The notes beneath the pieces are model-generated. The model worked only from the letters and a program-made list of their open reading frames with translations. It made no database searches and was not told the origin of the DNA. From contig CAWBEI010000002.1 of NCBI GenBank assembly GCA_963787835.1, positions 576,001-640,000 of the forward strand: a stretch of DNA of 64,000 bases, read 5' to 3'. This DNA comes from Ignavibacteriota bacterium (GTDB lineage Bacteria; Bacteroidota; Ignavibacteria; Palsa-1295). How positions within the stretch are numbered: the first letter of the stretch is position 1; the number at the start of each line of letters is the position of its first letter. Below, in pieces: positions 18,504 through 26,509 of the stretch. The position numbers were made by a program, and so were the translations under genes.

Positions 18504-19224
18504 GATATTATCTAAACTGGCGCTCGTTCAGCGCCAGATCCTGCACCGGTTCTACATCGGCCCTGCAAAAGAGCGGGAACTCATTCAGGAGTTCCATAAG
18601 CTCTATTATTATTCCAACATCGCGGGCAAAACGTGGGGCGATACCTGGTGGATGGGCACACCGGTGCTAAAATGCCCGCTTGATCTCTGGATCTATCAGG
18701 AAATAATTTTTCGCGTCAAACCCGATCTTATCATCGAAACAGGAACCTACAAAGGCGGCACCGCGCATTTCTTTGCTTCGATGTGTGACATAGCCCCCTC
18801 GCCCAGCAGGGAGAGGGGGTTGGGGGGTGAGGTAATAACCATTGACATCGAAGAATATCCCGATCGCCCAACGCATCCACGAATCACCTATCTGCACGGC
18901 TCATCCACAAGCCCTTCTATTATTGAAGCTGTTAGAAAACGAGCCGAATCCAAACAATCTGTTCTCATCATTCTCGACTCCGATCACAGCATGGCGCATG
19001 TCCGGAAGGAGATGGAGTTATATACACCGCTCGTTACAAGCGGCAGCTATCTTATCGTCGAAGATACCAACATCAACGGGAACCCTGTTCTGCCCGAATC
19101 CAGCCCCGGCCCGAAAGAAGCGATTGACGATTATTTAAGAACGCACTCGGATTTTTCCATAGACCGCTCCATGGAAAAGTTCTTGATGACGTTCAATCCG
19201 GGCGGGTATTTAAGAAAGCTATAA
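18493..19224 (+). CDS. CmcI / cephalosporin-hydroxylase family methyltransferase
   Basis: WMG.P.LKCPLDLWIYQEII, IIETGT..GG, LDSDHS, YLIVEDT, NPGGYL. Confidence 0.88.
   Translation: MLRKILSKLALVQRQILHRFYIGPAKERELIQEFHKLYYYSNIAGKTWGDTWWMGTPVLKCPLDLWIYQEIIFRVKPDLIIETGTYKGGTAHFFASMCDIAPSPSRERGLGGEVITIDIEEYPDRPTHPRITYLHGSSTSPSIIEAVRKRAESKQSVLIILDSDHSMAHVRKEMELYTPLVTSGSYLIVEDTNINGNPVLPESSPGPKEAIDDYLRTHSDFSIDRSMEKFLMTFNPGGYLRKL
18794..18832 (+). repeat. in-frame palindromic element (CCCTCTCC/GGAGAGGG family) inside CmcI gene
   Basis: gccccctcgcccagcagggagagggggttggggggtgagg encoding APSPSRERGLGGE. Confidence 0.75.
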
Positions 19225-19230
19225 TTACAC

Positions 19231-19357
19231 GTCATTGCGAGGAGAATCGAACGACCAACGGGAGTTCGATTCGACGAAGCAATCTCTTCGCTTCGGGACG
19301 GAGATTGCTTCGTCGAGAATAAAAGGCTGTCGCCTTTTATTCTCTCCTCGCAATGAC
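19231..19357. repeat. palindromic MITE/REP-like element, GTCATTGCGAG family
   Basis: GTCATTGCGAGGAG...CTCCTCGCAATGAC; CGACGAAGCAATCTC/GAGATTGCTTCGTCG. Confidence 0.9.
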
Positions 19358-19368
19358 ATGCAAATACA

Positions 19369-21198
19369 TCAGGCCTGCTCCAGCGACTCCTCCAACAACT
19401 GCCGCTTATAGAGGTCGTAATATTCCCCTTCAGCAGCAAGCAATTCCTGGTGCGTCCCCCGCTCGATGATGCGTCCGCGATCGAGAACTATTATCATATC
19501 CGCCTCACGCGCCGTTGACGTGCGATGACTGATAAGAATGGTCGTTCTTGGCTTCGCATCGTTTCGCAGATTCGAGAGGATCCGATCTTCTGTCGCCGTA
19601 TCTACGGCGGACATCGCATCATCCAGCACGAGAATTCTCGGATTACGAGCCAGTGCGCGAGCAATAGCCGTTCGTTGTTTCTGCCCACCGGAGAGCGTAA
19701 TGCCACGCTCCCCGATCATGGTCTCGAATTTTTCCGGGAATTCGTTCACGTTATCGTAAATATCGGCAGCGCGGGCCGCTTCTTCAGTTCCCAATGGCGA
19801 GGGTGGCGCGAGCTTCGGAAAGCCGCTTGTCATCGGCAGTTCATTGTATCCCAGAATCCGATTCTCCGACGGAATTCGTGACACTTCCTGGGTTCCAAAA
19901 GCAATATTTCCCGCGATCGTCTCGGAAAATAGGAACGGCTCCTGTGTGACAAATCCAATATTCATCCGCAGCACATCGAGCGGAATGGTGCGCAGGTCGT
20001 GGCCATCGACCGTAATATTTCCCTCCGTCGGATCGAATAATCGCGCGATCAGATTAACCAGCGAAGTCTTCCCCGAACCTGTGCGGCCAATGATGGCAAG
20101 CGTGGTTCCTTGTTCGATGCGAAGTGAAATATCTTGCAGCACTGGCTCCAGTTCCGGTCGGTACCGGAATGAAACATCATGAAATTCGATCTCCCCGCGG
20201 ATCGAAGCGATCTGCCAATTGGTGCGCTCGGAGTTCTCGATCTCCGGCTGGGTCTCGAATAATTTCGTAAGCCGCGCCATGCTGGCCGCGCCGCGCTGGA
20301 TCATGCCCGTCACAAACCCGATCGCAACGAATGGCCAGGTCAGCATTCCCAGATAAATGAAAAATTGCGAAAGCTCGCCAATGGATAAATGTTTGGACAT
20401 GATGAGATACCCACCTACAAGGAGCAGGATCACAGACGAAATTCCCATGAATCCAAAAATGATCGGCTGCATGAGGCCCTGCGTTCGCGCAAGCCGCATA
20501 TTTTTATCGAAGTATCCTTTCGCGAGTCCGTTGAACACCGAGGTCTCATACGCCTCTCTGACATAAGCGCGCACCACGCGGATTCCTGAAATACTTTCGG
20601 TCGTCCGGCCCGTCATCGTCGCAAAATGTGCCTGCACGGCATCGAAGAGCGGATGCACTTTCCGTCCAACGAGATACACTGCAAACGACATCAACGGCAG
20701 CGGCAGCACAACCGCAAGCGTGAGAGTCGGTGAGACAGCGATCATGAAGGCCAATACCGAGAGGAACGTCGCGAGCGTATCGGCCATGTACATGATGGAG
20801 GGACCGACAACGAAGCGCACGGCGTCGATGTCGTTCGTGGCATAGGCCATGAGTTCCCCTTGCGGTGTGTTCTGGAAAAATCGCATCGAAAGGCGCTCGA
20901 TGTGCGCCAGCAGATCGTTCCGAAGATCGTACTCGATCAAACGGCTCGCCACAATGATGTTTTGGCGAACGCGATAATACAGGAATCCGCTGATGAACGA
21001 AAGCACCACGATGATCCCTGCTTGTTCGAGGAGTGTCTGAATCGTTGCCGTTCCGCGCGTGATGGCATCGATCCCATTCCCAAAAAATCGAGGCCAAAAT
21101 GCCTGCGCCACACTCGAAAAAACCACGAGTATCAACCCGCGAATGAACATCTTTTTGTATCGCGCAAAATAGGGCCAGAGGCTGAGGAGTGATTTCAT
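19369..21198 (-). CDS. ABC exporter, fused permease/ATP-binding (MdlA-like)
   Basis: Six TM segments; GRTGSGKT, LSGGQKQR, LVLDD, ISHR. Confidence 0.92.
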   Translation of the reverse strand: MKSLLSLWPYFARYKKMFIRGLILVVFSSVAQAFWPRFFGNGIDAITRGTATIQTLLEQAGIIVVLSFISGFLYYRVRQNIIVASRLIEYDLRNDLLAHIERLSMRFFQNTPQGELMAYATNDIDAVRFVVGPSIMYMADTLATFLSVLAFMIAVSPTLTLAVVLPLPLMSFAVYLVGRKVHPLFDAVQAHFATMTGRTTESISGIRVVRAYVREAYETSVFNGLAKGYFDKNMRLARTQGLMQPIIFGFMGISSVILLLVGGYLIMSKHLSIGELSQFFIYLGMLTWPFVAIGFVTGMIQRGAASMARLTKLFETQPEIENSERTNWQIASIRGEIEFHDVSFRYRPELEPVLQDISLRIEQGTTLAIIGRTGSGKTSLVNLIARLFDPTEGNITVDGHDLRTIPLDVLRMNIGFVTQEPFLFSETIAGNIAFGTQEVSRIPSENRILGYNELPMTSGFPKLAPPSPLGTEEAARAADIYDNVNEFPEKFETMIGERGITLSGGQKQRTAIARALARNPRILVLDDAMSAVDTATEDRILSNLRNDAKPRTTILISHRTSTAREADMIIVLDRGRIIERGTHQELLAAEGEYYDLYKRQLLEESLEQA

Positions 21199-21216
21199 GG
21201 AAAATTAGTCGCGTAT

Positions 21217-21343
21217 GTCATTGCGAGGAGAACGAATCGACCGAAGGGAGATTTGTTCGACGAAGCAATCTCAGACCCGAAGTGTGGAGATTGCTTCGTC
21301 GGTATCACTCCGCTGACGCTACGTGATTCCTCCTCGCAATGAC
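21217..21343. repeat. palindromic MITE/REP-like element, GTCATTGCGAG family (second copy)
   Basis: Same terminal and inner stems as 19231-19357, same orientation. Confidence 0.9.
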
Positions 21344-21439
21344 TAAACAACAAAAGCTCGAGCCTACAAACTCCTCAATAGCGGGACGAAACTCGCATCC
21401 CAAACTGTTATCCCTACCGTTTTCATAATAATCATTAAC

Positions 21440-22624
21440 ATGTCGTCTGATATAAAACATAGGATCAATGCCCTCGCCGAGAAATATTATCCTGAGATGG
21501 TTCGGCTGCGGCGCACCATTCATGAGAATCCCGAACTCGCCTTTGCGGAATTTGCCACGAGCGCGCTCGTCGCCGATACGCTCGAAAAAACCGGACTCTC
21601 CGTTAAACGCGGCATAGCAAGGACGGGCGTACTTGCATCCATTCATGGCAAAAAAACTGGAAAAGCGGTTGCACTGAGAAGCGATATGGATGCCCTGCCG
21701 ATTCAGGAAGCGACCGGACTCCCCTTCGCCTCGAAAAATCCCGGCAAGATGCACGCCTGCGGACATGATTCCCATACTGCCATCGGCCTCGGCGCAGCGA
21801 TGATCCTTTCGGAATTAAAAGATGAGCTTTCCGGCGAAGTGCGCTTTCTGTTCCAACCCAGCGAAGAACTTGTTCCAGGAGGCGCGCCCTATATGATCGA
21901 AGAAGGCGCGCTCGATGGTGTGTCGAAAATATTCGGCTTGCATGTCCTTTCGCAAGCCGATGCGGGAACCGTTGGTTTCTGCCCCGGCGAGATGATGGCA
22001 AGCGCGGACGAGCTTTATATCACGATCAAAGGCAAATCGGGCCACGGCGCAAGGCCGCATCTTACGGTCGATCCCGTTGTAGTCACAGCACAAGTAATTC
22101 TTGCATTGCAGACGCTAATCTCACGCAATCTCGATCCATTCGCTCATGGCGTGATCTCTATTTGCAGTATTCACGGCGGGTTCGCGCCGAATATCGTTCC
22201 GCCAGAGATAAAGCTCATCGGCACGCTGCGCTCGATGTCCAGAGAGTGGCGCCGGTTCGCACATGAACGCATTCATGAGATCGTAAATGGAATTTGTTAT
22301 TCCGCGCGCGCCGAAGCGGAGATAAACATTGCATCTGGCTACCCGGTATTGATCAATGACCCGGCCGAAACTGCGTTCGCCGATTCCTGCGCAAGGGAAT
22401 TATTTGGTGAAGACCGCGTCTTCCGAGCCGAGCGCCTGATGGCCTCGGAGGATTTTGCCTATTACCTCGAAAAAGTACCCGGCACATTCTACCGCCTCGG
22501 CATCCGCAATGAAGCCCAGGGCATCACCGCCGATATCCACAACGACCACTTCACCATCGACGAATCCTCCATGAAAGCCGGTGCCGCCATGCAGGCCTAT
22601 TTGGCGATCAGGGGTTTGCAATAG
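21440..22624 (+). CDS. M20D amidohydrolase
   Basis: HENPEL, RSDMDALP, MHACGHD, FQPSEE, SEDF. Confidence 0.92.
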   Translation: MSSDIKHRINALAEKYYPEMVRLRRTIHENPELAFAEFATSALVADTLEKTGLSVKRGIARTGVLASIHGKKTGKAVALRSDMDALPIQEATGLPFASKNPGKMHACGHDSHTAIGLGAAMILSELKDELSGEVRFLFQPSEELVPGGAPYMIEEGALDGVSKIFGLHVLSQADAGTVGFCPGEMMASADELYITIKGKSGHGARPHLTVDPVVVTAQVILALQTLISRNLDPFAHGVISICSIHGGFAPNIVPPEIKLIGTLRSMSREWRRFAHERIHEIVNGICYSARAEAEINIASGYPVLINDPAETAFADSCARELFGEDRVFRAERLMASEDFAYYLEKVPGTFYRLGIRNEAQGITADIHNDHFTIDESSMKAGAAMQAYLAIRGLQ

Positions 22625-22649
22625 GAACCTAATCCACGTCTTATCTCTT

Positions 22650-22661
22650 ATGATACATCAT
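22650..22661. promoter_or_regulatory. possible antitoxin autoregulatory operator
   Basis: ATGAT-AC-ATCAT inverted repeat overlapping the antitoxin start codon. Confidence 0.35.
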
Positions 22662-22884
22662 GTCAAAGAGCCTTTCATTAAATATTGAAGATGACGTTCT
22701 TCGGGAAGTGGATAAAGCTGCTCACGAGCTCCATCTTCCGCGCGAGACCTTTCTTCAGCAGGCGATTCGGAACTACGTCCAGCAGATCGGTCATCGCCGG
22801 CTTCGTTCGCAGCTTCGGAAAGAATCGGCACTTACGGCGTCGGAGTCCATGCGCGTTCTGAAAGAATTCGAAGCTGTTTCCTAA
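22660..22884 (+). CDS. ribbon-helix-helix antitoxin
   Basis: KSLSLNIEDD beta-strand plus two helices; directly upstream of PemK/MazF gene. Confidence 0.8.
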   Translation: MSKSLSLNIEDDVLREVDKAAHELHLPRETFLQQAIRNYVQQIGHRRLRSQLRKESALTASESMRVLKEFEAVS

Positions 22885-22890
22885 TTCGGC

Positions 22891-23139
22891 ATGACCCACC
22901 GTCATGGTGAGATCTGGCTTGCCAATCTAAATCCAGGAAAAGGCACGGAACCGGGCAAGATCCGCCCCGTTATTATTCTTCAAACCGACGATCTCAATTC
23001 TACCCACCCCTCGACCGTCATCTGTCCGATTACCACAAATGTGATCGAAGAAGCAGACTTGCTTCGTGTTCATCTCGATCCAGGGCCAACAGGTTTAGAG
23101 CAAATCAAGACAAACATTCAAATTCTCCTTGCGATGTAA
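22891..23139 (+). pseudogene. PemK/MazF toxin, internally deleted (82 aa)
   Basis: GEIWLANLNP..GTEPGKIRPVIILQ, CPITT present; the DQIR-type segment expected between GLE and the C-terminal helix is missing. Confidence 0.7.
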
Positions 23140-23189
23140 AGCCATTTTCGACGGGACGAAATATTAAGTGGTGCTGTTCAAAATCCTCC

Positions 23190-25292
23190 ATGTTCCAGCG
23201 CATACTTTCTCGTCCTTTCTATCTCGCATCGATCGTCGCGGTGACTGCGTTCGTGGTGTATATGCAAACGCTTGCGCCGAGCGCGGATTTTATCGACGCC
23301 GGCGAGCTTGCGACGGTCTGCACCACGCTCGGCATCGCACACCCGACGGGTTACCCGCTCTTTACGCTCATCGGCTGGGTCTTCGCGCATCTGCCGATCG
23401 GCGGCACGGCGATCTATCGGCTGAATATCATGGCTGCGTTCTTCACGGCTATGGGTGCTGGTGGGGTGGTCTTGCTTGCGAATGAGCTTTTTAGTTACTG
23501 GATGCCGGAACGGATAGCGAGGGTAAAGGGTAAAGGGCAAAGGGTAAAGGAAAAGGGACAAAATTCAAAAAATAAAAATCGTAAAAATGTAGCGCAGGCG
23601 TCCTCGCCTGTCCCCGCTCCCGATGCTTGGGAACCGGCGAGGACGCCGGCGCTACTTGCTGCGGGAACCGGCCTTATCACAGCATTCAGCGCGACATGGT
23701 GGGCACAATCCTGTTCGATCGAGGTGTATCCGCTGCATCTTTTCATGGTGCCGTTGGTGCTGGTGTTCTTTTTAAGAATGCTGAGAAATGATGAGAGTGA
23801 CAAGGTTGGACGCGATGGACGGCTCTTTGCACTTTTGCTCGGTCTCGGTTTTGCCAATCACATGACGACGGTGTTGCTTGCTCCGGCATGTCTGTATATG
23901 TTCTTTGCTCGATACAGGTTTTCAAAACTTGCATGGAGGCGCATTCTCCGCCTTGCGCCATTTTTTATTGCAGGATTGCTTGTCTATATTTATATGCCTA
24001 TTCGTTCGGCCCAGTTCCCACCGATGGACTGGGGGCACACCGCAACCTTCGATGCGTTCCGGCGGCATGTTACGGCCAAGCAATTCCAGATATGGATGTT
24101 TACAGGCACCGGCGCGGCGGCAAAACAATGGGCCTATTTCTGGCACCGGGTTCCGCAGGAGTTCACTATTGTAGGCGCACTACTTGCACTTGCGGGATTA
24201 TGGAAGATGTTCAACGCCGCAAGTGTTCGCCGGACCCATATTCTTGCATTCACGCTTCTGCTATTTTTCGGATGCCTGTTCTATTCGATCAATTACGATA
24301 TTCACGATATAGATTCGTATTTTCTGCTTGCCTTTCTTGCGGTTGCCCTTTGGATCGGGGCGGGGATGCAGTCCGTTGTGCGATGGGTAGCCGTGACCTT
24401 TAGGTCACGGCCTGAAGAGCAATCTCCTGGTGTTGCACACCATGACCTGAAGGTCACGGCTACAATTGTGATTGCACTTCTGCTTGGTGTCATCGAGATC
24501 GGCGCGAATTTTTCAGACAATAACGAGAGCGGGAATTATATGGTCGAGGATTACACGATGAATATGCTCCGGAATCTTCCACCGAACGCAATCATCTTCT
24601 CGACCCAATGGGATTTTTGGGTAAGCGGAGATTTTTATTATCAATTGGTTGAGCATGTGCGCCCGGACGTGCTGGTGATCGATAAAGCCATGCTGCGTGA
24701 CCGCCCCTGGTATTATGCGGAACTCGAGAAACGCGCTCCGGAAGTATTTCGGCGCGTAAAACCGGAAGAACAAGCGTTCCTGAAATTACTGTGGGCGTTC
24801 GACAAAGGTGATCCTCTTAATCAGGATGCTCTTGCCCCAGCATACGAACGTTTTATATCTACATTGGTCGAACGCAACCTCGACCGGCCTATCTTCGTGA
24901 CGCAGGAAATGCTTGACGAGAATGATGATTTCTTGCAAGCCGCCAAGATGAAGATCATTCCTGCCGGCATTGCTTATCAACTCTGCCCACACGATACAAC
25001 CATTACTGCTACACAGCCAAAACTTACCTGGCGCGACAAGGGCTACCGTCTGCGTAATTATTATACCGACGATTCACGCCTCCTTCAAGCAATGCCGATG
25101 GCAACCTACGCAGAGCGGCGATTGCAGATGGGTGATACTGCAAGCGCAAGACGTTTCTTCGACAATGCGCTCCTGTTCACCCCCGATCTTTCTGCAAAAT
25201 TAGATGGCCTGAGCGACCGCGACCGCGAAATTGCAGAAGCGGCAAATGATAAATTTACGCAGATTCAAACGCTGCGAAATCAATTACACTAA
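23190..25292 (+). CDS. DUF2723 / TMEM260-like membrane glycosyltransferase (GT-C)
   Basis: DAGEL...LGIAHPTGYPLF, EVY, NH motifs; multiple TMs and a periplasmic C-terminal domain. Confidence 0.85.
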   Translation: MFQRILSRPFYLASIVAVTAFVVYMQTLAPSADFIDAGELATVCTTLGIAHPTGYPLFTLIGWVFAHLPIGGTAIYRLNIMAAFFTAMGAGGVVLLANELFSYWMPERIARVKGKGQRVKEKGQNSKNKNRKNVAQASSPVPAPDAWEPARTPALLAAGTGLITAFSATWWAQSCSIEVYPLHLFMVPLVLVFFLRMLRNDESDKVGRDGRLFALLLGLGFANHMTTVLLAPACLYMFFARYRFSKLAWRRILRLAPFFIAGLLVYIYMPIRSAQFPPMDWGHTATFDAFRRHVTAKQFQIWMFTGTGAAAKQWAYFWHRVPQEFTIVGALLALAGLWKMFNAASVRRTHILAFTLLLFFGCLFYSINYDIHDIDSYFLLAFLAVALWIGAGMQSVVRWVAVTFRSRPEEQSPGVAHHDLKVTATIVIALLLGVIEIGANFSDNNESGNYMVEDYTMNMLRNLPPNAIIFSTQWDFWVSGDFYYQLVEHVRPDVLVIDKAMLRDRPWYYAELEKRAPEVFRRVKPEEQAFLKLLWAFDKGDPLNQDALAPAYERFISTLVERNLDRPIFVTQEMLDENDDFLQAAKMKIIPAGIAYQLCPHDTTITATQPKLTWRDKGYRLRNYYTDDSRLLQAMPMATYAERRLQMGDTASARRFFDNALLFTPDLSAKLDGLSDRDREIAEAANDKFTQIQTLRNQLH
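23520..23561 (+). repeat. in-frame heptamer array (AGGGTAA-like) in DUF2723 gene
   Basis: agggtaa agggtaa agggcaa agggtaa aggaaaa gggacaa encoding RVKGKGQRVKEKGQ. Confidence 0.75.
23589..23655. repeat. in-frame GTAG-REP doublet (REPIN-like) in DUF2723 gene
   Basis: GTAGCGCAGGCGTCCTCGCCTG...CCGGCGAGGACGCCGGCGCTAC encoding VAQASSPVPAPDAWEPARTPAL. Confidence 0.8.
24387..24463. repeat. in-frame GTAG-REP doublet in DUF2723 gene (same family as 28824-28895)
   Basis: GTAGCCGTGACCTTTAGGTCACGG...CATGACCTGAAGGTCACGGCTAC encoding VAVTFRSRPEEQSPGVAHHDLKVTAT. Confidence 0.88.
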
Positions 25293-25340
25293 TGAGCTTT
25301 ACTCACCTATGAGCTTTACTCACCTATGAGCTTTACACAT
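25292..25340 (+). repeat. 17-bp tandem repeat (about 2.7 copies) at pgi/pmi start
   Basis: ATGAGCTTTACTCACCT at 25292 and 25309; ATGAGCTTTACACAT at 25326. Confidence 0.92.
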
Positions 25341-26387
25341 CGAATTAGCCCCGACGATCTTCACCACATCGATAAAAGCGATATGGCGGGTCATATTTCG
25401 CGTATGGGAATGCATATTCGCGAGGCAGTGCAGTTATGTGGCACATTAACACTCCCGATTAGCGGGAGTGAATGCACTGGAATTATTGCGCTTGGGATGG
25501 GTGGCTCGGCGATCGGTGGCGATCTGGTTCGTGCATATCTCTTTTCATCGTTGAAAGTCCCGTTCGTCGTTAACCGCTCGTACACACTGCCGTCATGGGC
25601 AAATGAAAGAACCCTCGTTATTGCATCGAGTTATTCGGGCAATACCGAAGAAACACTTTCGGCATTCGAGCAAGCGGCAGCAAAAAAGCTACCGATCCTT
25701 TGCATAACAACGGGCGGCACACTGGCGCGGCGCGCGAAAGAACTAAACCTCCCGGCAATTATTGTTCCTGCCGAAATGCAGCCGCGAGCCGCATTAGCAT
25801 ATTCTTTTGTCCCGATCCTGCTTGCATTTGAAAAGTTGGGAATGAGTTCGGGAGAAGAACAAAATCTGGAACGCGTCGCGTCACTTCTCGAAACACTTTC
25901 TGAGCGATATGGTATTACGCATCTTGATGACAACAATCCCGCATTCAAACTTGCCGGTGAAATTGTGCATCGCGTTCCGGTCATGTATGCATCCTCGAGC
26001 GAGGAAGCCATTGCGCTCCGGTGGCACGGACAAATTAATGAGAATGGAAAACATCTCGCATTCCATAATCTGGTTTCTGAAATGAATCATAATGAGCTGG
26101 AGTCCTGGTCACACCCGATCGATCTTGTTCAGCGGTTTTCCATTGTCTTGCTTCGCATGAGCGAGGAACATCCACGCATCACTAAGCGCTTTGAAGTCAT
26201 GAAGGACATGTTCCACAGCAAGCAAGTGGATGTGTTCGAAGTCAAACCAGAGGGCCAAACCCGCCTCGATCAACTATTCAGCCTTATCGCGCTTGGGGAC
26301 TGGGCCAGCTACTACATGGCGCTCTTCGCCGGCAGCGACCCCACCGCCATTGATGCCATTGAGGAATTCAAGCAGAAAATGCTATAA
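25326..26387 (+). CDS. bifunctional phosphoglucose/phosphomannose isomerase (SIS)
   Basis: GMGGSAIGGD, SSYSGNTEETL, QPRAA, ENGK, EMNHNE. Confidence 0.9.
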   Translation: MSFTHRISPDDLHHIDKSDMAGHISRMGMHIREAVQLCGTLTLPISGSECTGIIALGMGGSAIGGDLVRAYLFSSLKVPFVVNRSYTLPSWANERTLVIASSYSGNTEETLSAFEQAAAKKLPILCITTGGTLARRAKELNLPAIIVPAEMQPRAALAYSFVPILLAFEKLGMSSGEEQNLERVASLLETLSERYGITHLDDNNPAFKLAGEIVHRVPVMYASSSEEAIALRWHGQINENGKHLAFHNLVSEMNHNELESWSHPIDLVQRFSIVLLRMSEEHPRITKRFEVMKDMFHSKQVDVFEVKPEGQTRLDQLFSLIALGDWASYYMALFAGSDPTAIDAIEEFKQKML

Positions 26388-26509
26388 TACGTTACAAAAC
26401 AAAATTCAATGGAAGTACGTAATAATTTCGTATTTTCGCAATGGGATGTGCGGGCATTAAGGCCGGCAGAGCATAGAAATCCCCGTCATACTACCTCATT
26501 TTTTCGATT

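Noticed and set aside
26440-26486. Short GGGAT...ATCCC leader structure as a riboswitch
   Set aside because: Weak pairing and no recognisable aptamer consensus
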